From Calcarisporiella thermophila CBS 279.70 (taxonomy: Eukaryota > Fungi > Calcarisporiellomycota), in NCBI RefSeq assembly GCF_041956535.1, contig NW_027192214.1:363309-427308 (forward strand): a DNA stretch of 64,000 nt, in the 5' to 3' direction. Below the pieces are notes generated by a model. It did no database searches and was not told where the DNA came from. It saw nothing but the letters and a program-made list of their open reading frames with translations. The translations under genes were made by a program, and so were the position numbers. Below are positions 1 to 9,494 of the stretch, in pieces; the first letter of the stretch is position 1; each line of letters starts with the position of its first letter.

Positions 1-149
1 GAGTCATTTTCTTTAACCTCCCCATCCCTATTTAAACCCATCTATTTTGTCTTGTTGTCCTCACCAATTCCCTGAATTATAAAGATAAATTCCTTATTTT
101 TATCAAGATCCGGACACCCCTCCACACAAACCTCCTTTCGCCCGTAACA
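1..149. mobile_element. Possible LTR end (…CCCGTAACA) abutting the inverted copy of the tRNA-Arg upstream flank
   Basis: Ends in GTAACA (TGTTAC on the minus strand), a typical LTR terminus, exactly where the 101-bp inverted repeat stops. No coding evidence; cut off by the window edge. Confidence 0.25.
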
Positions 150-250
150 CGAAAGTTACAATAAAATTGGTTTTTGGTACGGGCAAGCCAAAACTCCCAA
201 ACCATTTGACAGTCACAACTCGCTCAGGATCGGGGGGATGGGGAAAAAGC
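150..250 (-). repeat. Inverted copy (101 bp, 1 mismatch) of 1091..1191, the upstream flank of tRNA-Arg
   Basis: Reverse complement of 1091..1191 matches 150..250 without gaps; only difference seen is gggaaaAagc vs gggaaaGagc. Confidence 0.95.
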
Positions 251-850
251 ACACACGGCAGAGTGGTGGGCAGTTGGGCCAGGTGACAAAAACCTCATGG
301 TTGTCCATCAACATACGACGATTCAATTTCTCGATCGCCTCGTCGAGTTTCCTGCCACGTTAAGAGTGATGAAATTGATCGGTCGAGCAACGCTTGGCAT
401 AAGCTCGAAGGTAACCAGCTTTTTGTATATAACTGGAGCCACCAGTTCCTCGAAGTGCTTAGCGAACCTCGCTACCACTTCGTCGAGATCTTGATCAAGC
501 GGTACTTGATCGATTTTGATTGTAAGCGCGGTGTTCGCTATGTCGAACAGAAGGTGTGTAGGGACAATCTTGTCCCCGATCACGAATCCTCCTTCAATGA
601 TGTTGTGGATGTCGTAGTCTTATTTAAATTGGATCGCCATCTCCGCGATGTCGCGTCGGGGGTTCTCATCGACAGCGATGATTGCGTCACCAAATTTGTT
701 GGCGACAGCGACAAAACCGTCTTCGCGATTAGCGATTCCAGTAAAGTTAAAAATGATAGCGTTCTTCACGGAGTACGCCCTTTTGATTGGCGGGTCAAAT
801 GAGGGGCGGTGTTGATGGTTGATTCCACGTTGAAGTGCTCGAGAGTAATT
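251..850 (-). mobile_element. Degenerate non-LTR retrotransposon ORF1 (gag-like) fragment, L1/Tx1-like
   Basis: ORFs 620..886 and 323..583 are in one frame across a single TAA. After a frameshift the protein continues ...HEVFVTWPNCPPLCRVC, the W-x-x-x-P-P-x-CxxC lead-in to the CCHC knuckle typical of L1/Tx1 ORF1. Truncated at the inverted repeat. Confidence 0.65.
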
Positions 851-875
851 CATCCCCCCCCCCCCCCCGATCCTG

Positions 876-1100
876 TTTTTTTTCATTTCCTTTAAGGACG
901 CGGGAACTTGCGTCCTGTGGTTTATTTAATATATATTACAAATGTGAGATGTGCTTTCGGACATGCTTATTAAGTACTAGAAGAACATGGGATATAATTT
1001 AAAGAGTTCCGTGCTTGGAAATGTCGGATTGTTCTTGGCTTCTTCGAAATCGAAGGCTACTTCTTGGATGTCATCGATCCGGATTAGCGAGCTCTTTCCC
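876..1100 (-). mobile_element. Heavily 5'-truncated LINE (family D): ORF tail, 3'UTR and poly(A), flanked by TSD
   Basis: Minus strand reads ...EEAKNNPTFPSTELFKLYPMFF*, then AATAAA, a hairpin (aggacgc/gcgtcct) and A8. Flanked by direct repeats caggatcg(n)atg at 1101..1116 and 851..875, the latter with an expanded G-run. Confidence 0.65.
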
Positions 1101-1197
1101 CATCCCCCCGATCCTGAGCGAGTTGTGACTGTCAAATGGTTTGGGAGTTTTGGCTTGCCCGTACCAAAAACCAATTTTATTGTAACTTTCGATATAA

Positions 1198-1270
1198 GCT
1201 CATGTGGCGCAATGGATAGCGCGTTAGACTTCGGATCTAAAGGTTGCAGGTTCGAGTCCTGCCATGGGCG
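1198..1270 (+). tRNA. tRNA-Arg (TCG)
   Basis: Cloverleaf: acceptor GCTCATG/CATGGGC, anticodon arm TTAGA-CTTCGGA-TCTAA, T arm GCAGG-TTCGAGT-CCTGC; T-runs downstream. Confidence 0.97.
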
Positions 1271-2163
1271 CACAACTTTTGGGTTAATAGAGTTGAATTT
1301 TTTTGGTCGATAAATTTGTATGCTAGTTATTCGAACAATAGTAACAATACAAACTTCCGTCACTATCGAATACGATGGCTAGTAGTATCTGTTTCAATAA
1401 TATTGTTTTGATTTTCTGAGTGGAATTGAAATCAAGCCTCAAGCATTATATTGGCTTTTAGCTTTTCTACGCTGCATTAATTATTAGAGTTAGCACAAAT
1501 TATTAATTTTGATTAAACTTTACAATCTGTCCTCTTATAAACTCTCTATATCAGCCATAGTAATATATTTAGAAATAAAATTTAAATCATCTGAAATTGA
1601 GCTGGCTCAAGTAGATATTAATGGAAAGCTCCAAGTGCTAGTCTAGTAATTCTGCGATTCTTTTTGATGTTAAAACAAATATGTACTTAGACTCTCCAAT
1701 AGTCATTTTTGTGTATTTTCAGTGGGTGTAATTTTATTGGTTTTTTGACACGCGTAATAGACAAACAGTATATGGCTTATTACACGAGTCAAGCGGTAAT
1801 CGATAAATTGATACTATTTTAATTAATACAAAAACTTTGCTTTATGACAACTATTTTATCCTCAATCATATATTATTATTATATAAATAAAATAAAGGAA
1901 TAATATTTATTTTAGTGATTGTTTATAGTGTATTCAGATTTTATAAATAGTATCCATTGTAAAAGCTTTTAAGTGTTTAAGGTGGAATCCATAAAAGGCT
2001 AAATGCAACGAGAAAATAAAACAAGTATAAGAGTCATGTTATTCAATGATATCGGGCAGGTGAAGCATGCTAAAAATACTTTACCATACTAACCGTAACA
2101 CTAAAATCCTATAAATTCGACTCATTCCCATTGTACTTTCATAACACGTTTCTCACTGCGAAA

Positions 2164-2517
2164 ATGAAAAATTTTGTATTTGGTGCACTTATCTTTGTTT
2201 TCCTAGCCATCGTTTTGGCGACGCCTGCTGAAAAGATTAAGCAGGAAAAAGACAACTGCCTTTTTGAGTCACAGGAAAATAAGGGAGTGTATTTGATAGT
2301 GTGGCCAGAGTGCAATTACAAAGGAACACCCCAGAAATTGAGCTTAGTTGGCTGCCATGATGCGACGTCTTTACAAGTTGGCTCATGGAAAGCTCGCAAA
2401 GGATACAAAATAACCTGGTACGACTGGTACACCTGCCCTTCTGATTTAAAAATTCCTCTCTCCAGGAAGTGTAACAAGAAATATCAGCCTGGGTCGGTTA
2501 AAATCAAAAAGCAATAA
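2164..2517 (+). CDS. Small secreted protein (117 aa, 5 Cys) with beta/gamma-crystallin-like Greek-key motifs
   Basis: Signal peptide MKNFVFGALIFVFLAIVLA; motifs VWPECNYKG and VGSWKARKGYKITWY; intronless; TATAAA at ~2110. The fold call is by motif recognition only. Confidence 0.75.
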   Translation: MKNFVFGALIFVFLAIVLATPAEKIKQEKDNCLFESQENKGVYLIVWPECNYKGTPQKLSLVGCHDATSLQVGSWKARKGYKITWYDWYTCPSDLKIPLSRKCNKKYQPGSVKIKKQ

Positions 2518-3236
2518 TCTCTTTTCGATTGATATCTGTTACTTTGAGTCCAATTGTGCATTATTAGCAGTGTTAGCACTATATTAGTATTACTATTGTT
2601 TAATTAAGGTATTTGAGTGCTGAAGTCAGATCCAAACCAAAAAAATTTTTTATGAGTAATGTAATTTAATAAATATTGACATTCGGATACGTTTTAATCA
2701 AACAATATCATGGGTTATTCCTATAACTTCTCTCAAAGATTGACGTTACCTATGCAAAATTTTATATACCTATAATTATAATTATCTTTTGATCTAGAGT
2801 CGACTCTATTAGAGAGAAGCTTTATTGACACATTGCGTCTTCCATATGTGATTGGCGACTCTTCTAGTGAAAATAGAAATCTAAAACTATTTTCTGTCAA
2901 TTCGTTCCCTGTATTTTTTTTCTAAGCCATTCTCATATAAACGTAAAAAACAAAATATCGAATAGTCATAAATAAACTAAAATTTATAGAGGGAAAGAGG
3001 CATTTTACTCTAAACACGGAATCCACGGTAGTTAATAAATTCACTTACTGTACACCATCTCTATGCATCGGTTAATGGAAATATAAACTGCTTCCTCGGA
3101 TTTGCATAAATTTATCTAGGATACGATCTAGTCTATACGATTAGCATTTAATAATAGTAGTCTCTTTTATATCATTAAGTGGCAAAATAATTTAATAGAT
3201 ATTTTGTACAAATAAAAGTCAAAAATTAAAAAACTA

Positions 3237-3321
3237 TCCGGCCACCCGGATTCGAACCAGGGACCTAAAGATTGCTACTTATCACTACAGTCTTCCGCTC
3301 TACCAGCTGAGCTATAGCCGG
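3237..3321 (-). tRNA. tRNA-Tyr (GTA) with 12-nt intron
   Basis: Minus strand: CCGGCTA TA GCTC AGCTGGTA GAGC G GAAGA CTGTAG [tgataagtagca] A TCTTT AGGTC CCTGG TTCGAAT CCGGG TGGCCGG A; canonical 37/38 intron position. Confidence 0.97.
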
Positions 3322-3384
3322 ATTTATTACACTTCAGGTTTTCTTTTTGAAAATATATATTATGATAATTTTAGAATTATTTTT

Positions 3385-3401
3385 AGGCCCCAACCGCTAT
3401 C
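3385..3401 (+). repeat. Target site / TSD copy 1 (aggccccaaccgctatc); copies at 8601..8617 and 9340..9357
   Basis: 8601..8617 matches 16/17; 9340..9357 matches 8601..8618 at 15/18. Both downstream copies directly follow a LINE poly(A). Confidence 0.85.
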
Positions 3402-3403
3402 TC

Positions 3404-3739
3404 TTCCCGCTGGGTAAATGTGTGCTAGCTGGCACAAAGATCAAGAAGTTCCGTACAAAAATCGGGAGTCTCTATAAGACAAGCAAAGGAGAGAATATCA
3501 CTCCGGAATGGAAAGAGACCTCAAGCGATTCCATCAATTGGGAGGTAGCTTGGATGTACTGGAAAAAGCGGCCGAGCGAACCCAAGCATAGGACACTAAG
3601 ATGGAGATTCTTGAAACACAGATTGGTGACAAACATCATCACTAGTAATTGGACAGGAGAACCTAATATTTGCAAGCGATGCACAACCAACGCAGTGGAA
3701 ACCATTAGTCATGCTTACCTGGAATGCCCGGCCATAAAT
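3404..3739 (+). mobile_element. LINE family B ORF2 C-terminal fragment (zf-RVT), fused to family A
   Basis: Near-identical to ~61982..62317 (FPLGKC...CKRC...HAYLECPAIN); similarity stops abruptly at gccataaat. Confidence 0.9.
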
Positions 3740-6700
3740 GAAAACTATTATCAACCCATCACAGACTGGCTTTATCAGAGGGAGGAATATATCTGAAAAC
3801 ACCATGACCATCAACCAGATACTCAACCTCGCAAAAATAGAGGAATTAAACGGGGCGCTCATCCTTCTGGACAACGAAAAAGCGTATGATAGGATAGACC
3901 GAGGATGACTCATGGAATGCCTTAGAGTCTTCGGGTTTGGGGTGAAGTTTACACGTCTAATCGCATCTATATACAAGGAAAACACAGCGGCAGTCATCAT
4001 TAACAATCACATCACTCTACCCTTTCTGGTCAACCAAGGAGTACGTCAGGGCGACCCTTTATCACCCCTGCTCTATAACATTGCCATAGAACCCCTTCTG
4101 ATAAAATTAAGAGCGATCCTTACTGGAATCACTATCCCGAGAGTCACTAACATTGTCACCACAGCCTTCGCGGATGATATTACAGTTGCGGTAGCAAACC
4201 AGCAAGACATAGACACCCTCTCAAAGACACTCGCCGATTTCCAGAGAGCCTCTAACTCCAAAATCAATTACCACAAGTCAGAAGCCGTCCCTCTTTCGTC
4301 GACAGCCAGAGCAACCCTTTCGCCACCATGTGACTTCATCCATGAAGAAGGGACATTCACTCTCCTTGGAATACCATTCAACACCAAAAAGATCTTTCCA
4401 GGCGATGAATATTTTGAAGAACTGCTCACCAGACTGCGGAAAACAGTTAAAACGTGGGGATTAAGAACTCTCTCCTTGAATGGAAAAGCTCTCTTGATTA
4501 ACTCGAAACAGTTATCCAAACTATGGTACACGGCAAAATTGATCCCCCTCCAGCCAAATTCTTGAAACAGCTGGACACAATCATTAGAGACTTCCTATGG
4601 GATAAAAAGCGCCCGCAAATCGCCCTGAGTACAATGCAGCAGCCATCAGGATTTGGATTAGGCCTCATCAACCCCAAACATCAAGTCGACGCAATTTTAG
4701 CCTGGTGGTTCCAACACATTGCCACAACCTCGTTTTGCAGACAACCCTGGGCAAGCCTAGCAATCTACATACTGGAAAAACATTACACTCCCAACGCGCT
4801 GGGAATGGGCATCCTAGCCACCCGTTACACCCAACACAAGCTGATGAGGAAGGACGGTTTATGGCCACACCTCGTAAGAGTGTGGCAGAGTTTAGGTGGA
4901 AAACTGGATTTAACCAAAAGATACAGATTCACCCTAGATGAAGTACTCCCACTCCCCATTGGTAACAATTCCTATTTTACTATAGAAGGAGCACCAGTGA
5001 AAGGGAAGGCAGAAAAATTCGGGCTAGCGAAATTGGAAGATTTCTTCAAACCGCACAGAGACAATATCTACCAACCGATGATCGAACCCGAGGTGCACGC
5101 CCTAGTCGCAAGGAACCCTGACAGATACTCAAGGGAATTCAGAGAACATTATCTCGATATTCACCTACTATGGAGGAGAAAGCTGCTCCGCCTAGACGAA
5201 AGACTCGCCGAGACTCTCACACAACGAATCCCTCCTGTCAGTAACAAACACAATTTTCCTTTAACAAAATGTTCTATTGCAGGGATTGAGACCACCGCTT
5301 ACACCACCAAAGCTGGGAGACTATACAAGCAGGATGCGCCAACCATAATCACCGAGGAATGGAAAGACGTTTCCAATGATGTTGACAGATGGACGAAGGC
5401 ATGGGCTAGGTGGAAAAGTCGTCCGTCAGAACCCAAGCACAGAACCCTTCGCTGGAGACTTATGAAGCATAAAATAGTTACCGGAATCATCACTAGAAAA
5501 TGGACTGGGGATCCTAACACTTGCAAAAGGTGTTCCCTAGGGATACCCGAAACAATCGCACATGCTTTTCTAGACTGCCCAGCTATCGCGCAACTTTGGC
5601 AAAGAGTTGATGAGACAAACTGCCGAATAATTGGAATACCGCCACACGAATCCACGAAAGAAGACAGACTGTCTAGACAAGACAAACAAATAAGTCAACG
5701 CTTCAACGAAGTGGTTGCTATGAGCCACGACATAGCCCTGTGGATAATATACCGCTCGAGACTTGAATTAGTGCTGGACGATGTCCAACCCAATCCGGTA
5801 GCCATAACCAAACAATTTGACCACGAACTACAGCGAGGAATAAAGTCCAAGTGGTGGATGGCAATGAAGCAGAATCGGAAAAGAGACTTCATCGATAAAT
5901 AGTCAAGTGGAAACTGGGTGAACATCATAGATGATTCTGTGATTTTCATCCAGGACACCTCTGAAGATCAAATCCCAGTCCCAACTCCGGCTTGAGAACT
6001 GCACCCAACCCTTCACCGCTGTATATTAATACCATCTCCTTTATCGTTCTTCTCCCTACCTTTCCTTTTTTTTTCTCCTTTCCTCTTCCTTCTTTTACTT
6101 TTTCAATCCTTCCCTTCTCTTCATTATTTCATGTATATAAGCAGCCTATCTTAATACCATTGCACACAACTTTTTATCCCTCCCTCTTACAGTTATTCCT
6201 ATCCCCTTCTTTATTAAGCTAATTTCTGGTTCCATACTTTCCCAGCTCTTTCCTCATCACCTTTTCTTTCTTCCTTTTACACTTAAATCCTTTTCTTTCT
6301 TTCTTGCTTTTTGCAGAATTTGGAGGATAGAAGGAAAAAGCAAGAAAGATGATGAGGCCGTTTTATTGGACAAATGAGCTACTTCCAGAGAATTTGCATA
6401 GAAAATTAAAGAAATTTAAAGAAAAATAAAGAAAAAATCTGAGAATAAATCAAGAGTATAAAAAGCTATCGTTTCCCAAGTGCAACTTCTTGGCCGTTTT
6501 TTGAGCTGGCATACTTCCGTTTGAGAAATGGAGCCCTCGTCCACGCAAGCAACAAATCAGCACGCGAATACTGAAGGATCTCTCTTGGCACTACTCTCTC
6601 CAGTGCCTATCCGCGAGAGACATCAGTGGACGCCAGCGGACGATATAGCGGACGCGATTGGGCTCAAAACACCGTTCGCACCGGAGTCCATCCTCACGTC

Positions 6701-8601
6701 TGAGGAGCGGCAAATAATATGGGACAGCAGTCCCCCCCGATCAGACCTCAAGTATGACGCATCTCTGATGAACCCGGCACAGCAACCACAAGTCACTTCG
6801 TCGAACAGAGCAAAAAACTGGAAAAAGACGGGCGGGGCAAAACAGCCCTCCCCGTCCAATGTTTAGCTTCCGACGCAAGCCCACGACAGGTAGAGCCACG
6901 CGTACCGGTCGGGGGACGTTTGCGAAAATTCAGAAACGCGTGGCGAGGAATCCCCGCCCCTCTATGGATACGCAAGATAATCAGAGAAGGTTACAAAATC
7001 CAATTCTGGAAGGNNNNNNNNNNNNNNNNNNNNNNNNNNNNNNNNNNNNNNNNNNNNNNNNNNNNNNNNNNNNNNNNNNNNNNNNNNNNNNNNNNNNNNN
7101 NNNNNNNNNNNNNNNNNNNNNNNNNNNNNNNNNNNNNNNNNNNNNNNNNNNNNNNNNNNNNNNNNNNNNNNNNNNNNNNNNNNNNNNNNNNNNNNNNNNN
7201 NNNNNNNNNNNNNNNNNNNNNNNNNNNNNNNNNNNNNNNNNNNNNNNNNNNNNNNNNNNNNNNNNNNNNNNNNNNNNNNNNNNNNNNNNNNNNNNNNNNN
7301 NNNNNNNNNNNNNNNNNNNNNNNNNNNNNNNNNNNNNNNNNNNNNNNNNNNNNNNNNNNNNNNNNNNNNNNNNNNNNNNNNNNNNNNNNNNNNNNNNNNN
7401 NNNNNNNNNNNNNNNNNNNNNNNNNNNNNNNNNNNNNNNNNNNNNNNNNNNNNNNNNNNNNNNNNNNNNNNNNNNNNNNNNNNNNNNNNNNNNNNNNNNN
7501 NNNNNNNNNNNNNNNNNNNNNNNNNNNNNNNNNNNNNNNNNNNNNNNNNNNNNNNNNNNNNNNNNNNNNNNNNNNNNNNNNNNNNNNNNNNNNNNNNNNN
7601 NNNNNNNNNNNNNNNNNNNNNNNNNNNNNNNNNNNNNNNNNNNNNNNNNNNNNNNNNNNNNNNNNNNNNNNNNNNNNNNNNNNNNNNNNNNNNNNNNNNN
7701 NNNNNNNNNNNNNNNNNNNNNNNNNNNNNNNNNNNNNNNNNNNNNNNNNNNNNNNNNNNNNNNNNNNNNNNNNNNNNNNNNNNNNNNNNNNNNNNNNNNN
7801 NNNNNNNNNNNNNNNNNNNNNNNNNNNNNNNNNNNNNNNNNNNNNNNNNNNNNNNNNNNNNNNNNNNNNNNNNNNNNNNNNNNNNNNNNNNNNNNNNNNN
7901 NNNNNNTCCACACCCGGGAAATGACTCTCAACCTTCCGCGGAAGAAAGTCAGGGATATATCCAGGGTAGCGCTCAGGCTCTACAAGACCAGAGTAACTAC
8001 CCCTCGGCAGCTCGCTGCATTCCTGGGAACTACGAATGCAGCCTGCCCCGCGGTCATGCCGGGGAGGCTGTTCGCTCGCACACTAATGATGGCGTTATCT
8101 TCAGCTCTGAACGCCAATCCCGACTGGGATACCCCATTCACAATACCGGAGGAAGCGTCCGCTATATCGTCCGCTGGCGTCCACTGATGTCTCTCGCGGA
8201 TAGGCACTAGAGAGAGTAGTGCCAAGAGAGATCCTTCAGTATTCGCGTGCTGATTTGTTGCTTGCGTGGACGAGGGCTCCATTTCTCAAACGGAAGTATG
8301 CCAGCTCAAAAAACGGCCAAGGAGTTGCACTTGGGAAACGACAGCTTTTTATACTCTTGATTTATTCTCAGATTTTTTCTTTATTTTTCTTTAAATTTCT
8401 TTAATTTTCTATGCAAATTCTCTGGAAGTAGCTCATTTGTCCAATAAAACGGCCTCATCATCTTTCTTGCTTTTTCCTTCTATCCTCCAAATTCTGCAAG
8501 GTAGGCCAGGAGCATTACCTGGATGATTTTGACGTAGAAGCTACCCTACCTTTTTAACAGGATAGGATACTTTTCAATAAAGGTCCTTTGTTAAAAAAAA
8601 A
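3740..8601 (+). mobile_element. 5'-truncated L1/Tx1-clade LINE family A (RT, zf-RVT, 3'UTR, poly(A)); inactive; 3'UTR interrupted by a DIRS element
   Basis: RT motifs QTGF, LDNEKAYDR, GVRQGDPLSPLLY, FADD, LLGIP; C-terminal CKRC...HAFLDC. Stops at ~3906 and 5900 and a frameshift near 4550; ORF ends ~5994. Pyrimidine-rich 3'UTR resumes at 8500 and ends with AATAAA and A9 (8593..8601). Confidence 0.93.
6311..8499 (+). mobile_element. DIRS1-like (tyrosine-recombinase class) retroelement derivative with 345-bp inverted arms; YR and most of RNase H absent
   Basis: GGRLRKFRNAW...IIREGYKIQF is a DIRS RT N-terminus and MTLNLPRKK...LAAFLG...AVMPGRLF the post-RT region. The 893-N gap between them is about the size of an RT core. 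Arms 6311..6655 and 8155..8499 are gap-free, with 2 mismatches seen. Confidence 0.8.
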
Positions 8602-8617
8602 GGCCACAACCGCTATC

Positions 8618-9341
8618 ACCCGGTTATGACCCGAAATGTACCCGCTGTAACGCTCCGAGGGATACCATCCGTCACACCTTCTTCGAATGTCCCGAACTCA
8701 CGTCAGTGTGGCATTGGGCGGAGAGGTGTATCAACACCATCTCAGGCCCCCTAAACACTCAGGTGCTGAACCCCAGGAATCTCGTACTTGGCGACCTACC
8801 AGAAGCCCCAAGGATAGTAAGACACGCGGCTCAAATCGTCTTCGATTCGGTGTTATGGCAAATCCATCGGGATCGCATTGCCTTTCATTTTGAAAACACT
8901 CGAGCCTCATCCGAAACCATCATCAATCGGGCCAAGCTGGATATTGAGGAGGCTATAGGAGCCGAACTAACAAGAGCCCGAATAAAGCGACAAATTGAAC
9001 AGTTCCGAAGCAGGTGGTGTAAAATGGGCGCGGTGAAAGGAGCTAATAGAGTGGCTCTAGAACTGGACTGACGCAGTAGCCCCGACTACTAGCCCTTCTC
9101 TTTCTTCATATCTCTCTCTCCATATCACCTATCAAGTCGTTCCCTAATACCCACAGTTCGTTGAGTTTTATTTCTCATCTACCCATTTGAGGAGAAAATT
9201 TGACATGATCAATTTACCCCGAATTGCAATATCGCGTTAATTTCTAGTTTTTATCTCATTTTATTACTTGTAATAATGTAACGATTGTATTTTAGAGTCT
9301 TATTAAACAATAAAGACTCACTTTTGATCAAAAAAAAAAAA
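8618..9341 (+). mobile_element. 5'-truncated LINE family C (zf-RVT tail, 3'UTR, poly(A))
   Basis: Frame reads PKCTRC...HTFFEC...VLWQIHRDRIAFHFE, stop at 9071; AATAAA then A12; homologous to 61447..61706. Confidence 0.88.
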
Positions 9342-9442
9342 GCCTCAGCCGCTATCAATAGCATAGCAACAAGCAAGTAATATCGAGCGTCTCCAAAAAT
9401 AGGTAGCAAAAATATTTTTAGGAGAAATCCAGTCATAAAAAT

Positions 9443-9494
9443 GGGAGGCCAGGGGCAGTACCTGGGTGATTTTGACGTATAAGTTTACCCTTCC
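9443..9494 (+). repeat. Diverged copy of the LINE-A 3'-terminal structured motif
   Basis: gggagg ccagg ggcagta cctgg gtgattttgac gtataagtttac ccttcc aligns to 8500..8550. Confidence 0.75.

Noticed and set aside
977-1363. ORFs 977..1363(-) and 987..1313(+)
   Set aside because: They run across the tRNA-Arg gene and its flank; only the last ~35 codons of the minus ORF plausibly belong to a LINE tail.
3900-5902. RIP-like mutation in LINE A (two apparent Trp-to-stop changes)
   Set aside because: Only two events, and the B copies remain highly similar without an evident transition excess; not supportable by eye.
6859-8187. Long ORFs spanning the N-gaps (also 60344..61706)
   Set aside because: Their length is an artefact of N translation; only the flanking residues are informative.
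8500-8550. Hammerhead or HDV ribozyme
   Set aside because: Lacks a correctly placed CUGANGA/GAAA core, and I could not build the HDV nested pseudoknot.
3385-9357. Repeat-spacer pattern resembling a CRISPR array
   Set aside because: The 'spacers' are 0.7-5 kb poly(A)-tailed LINEs; the repeats are better explained as TSDs. Eukaryotic context with no cas genes.
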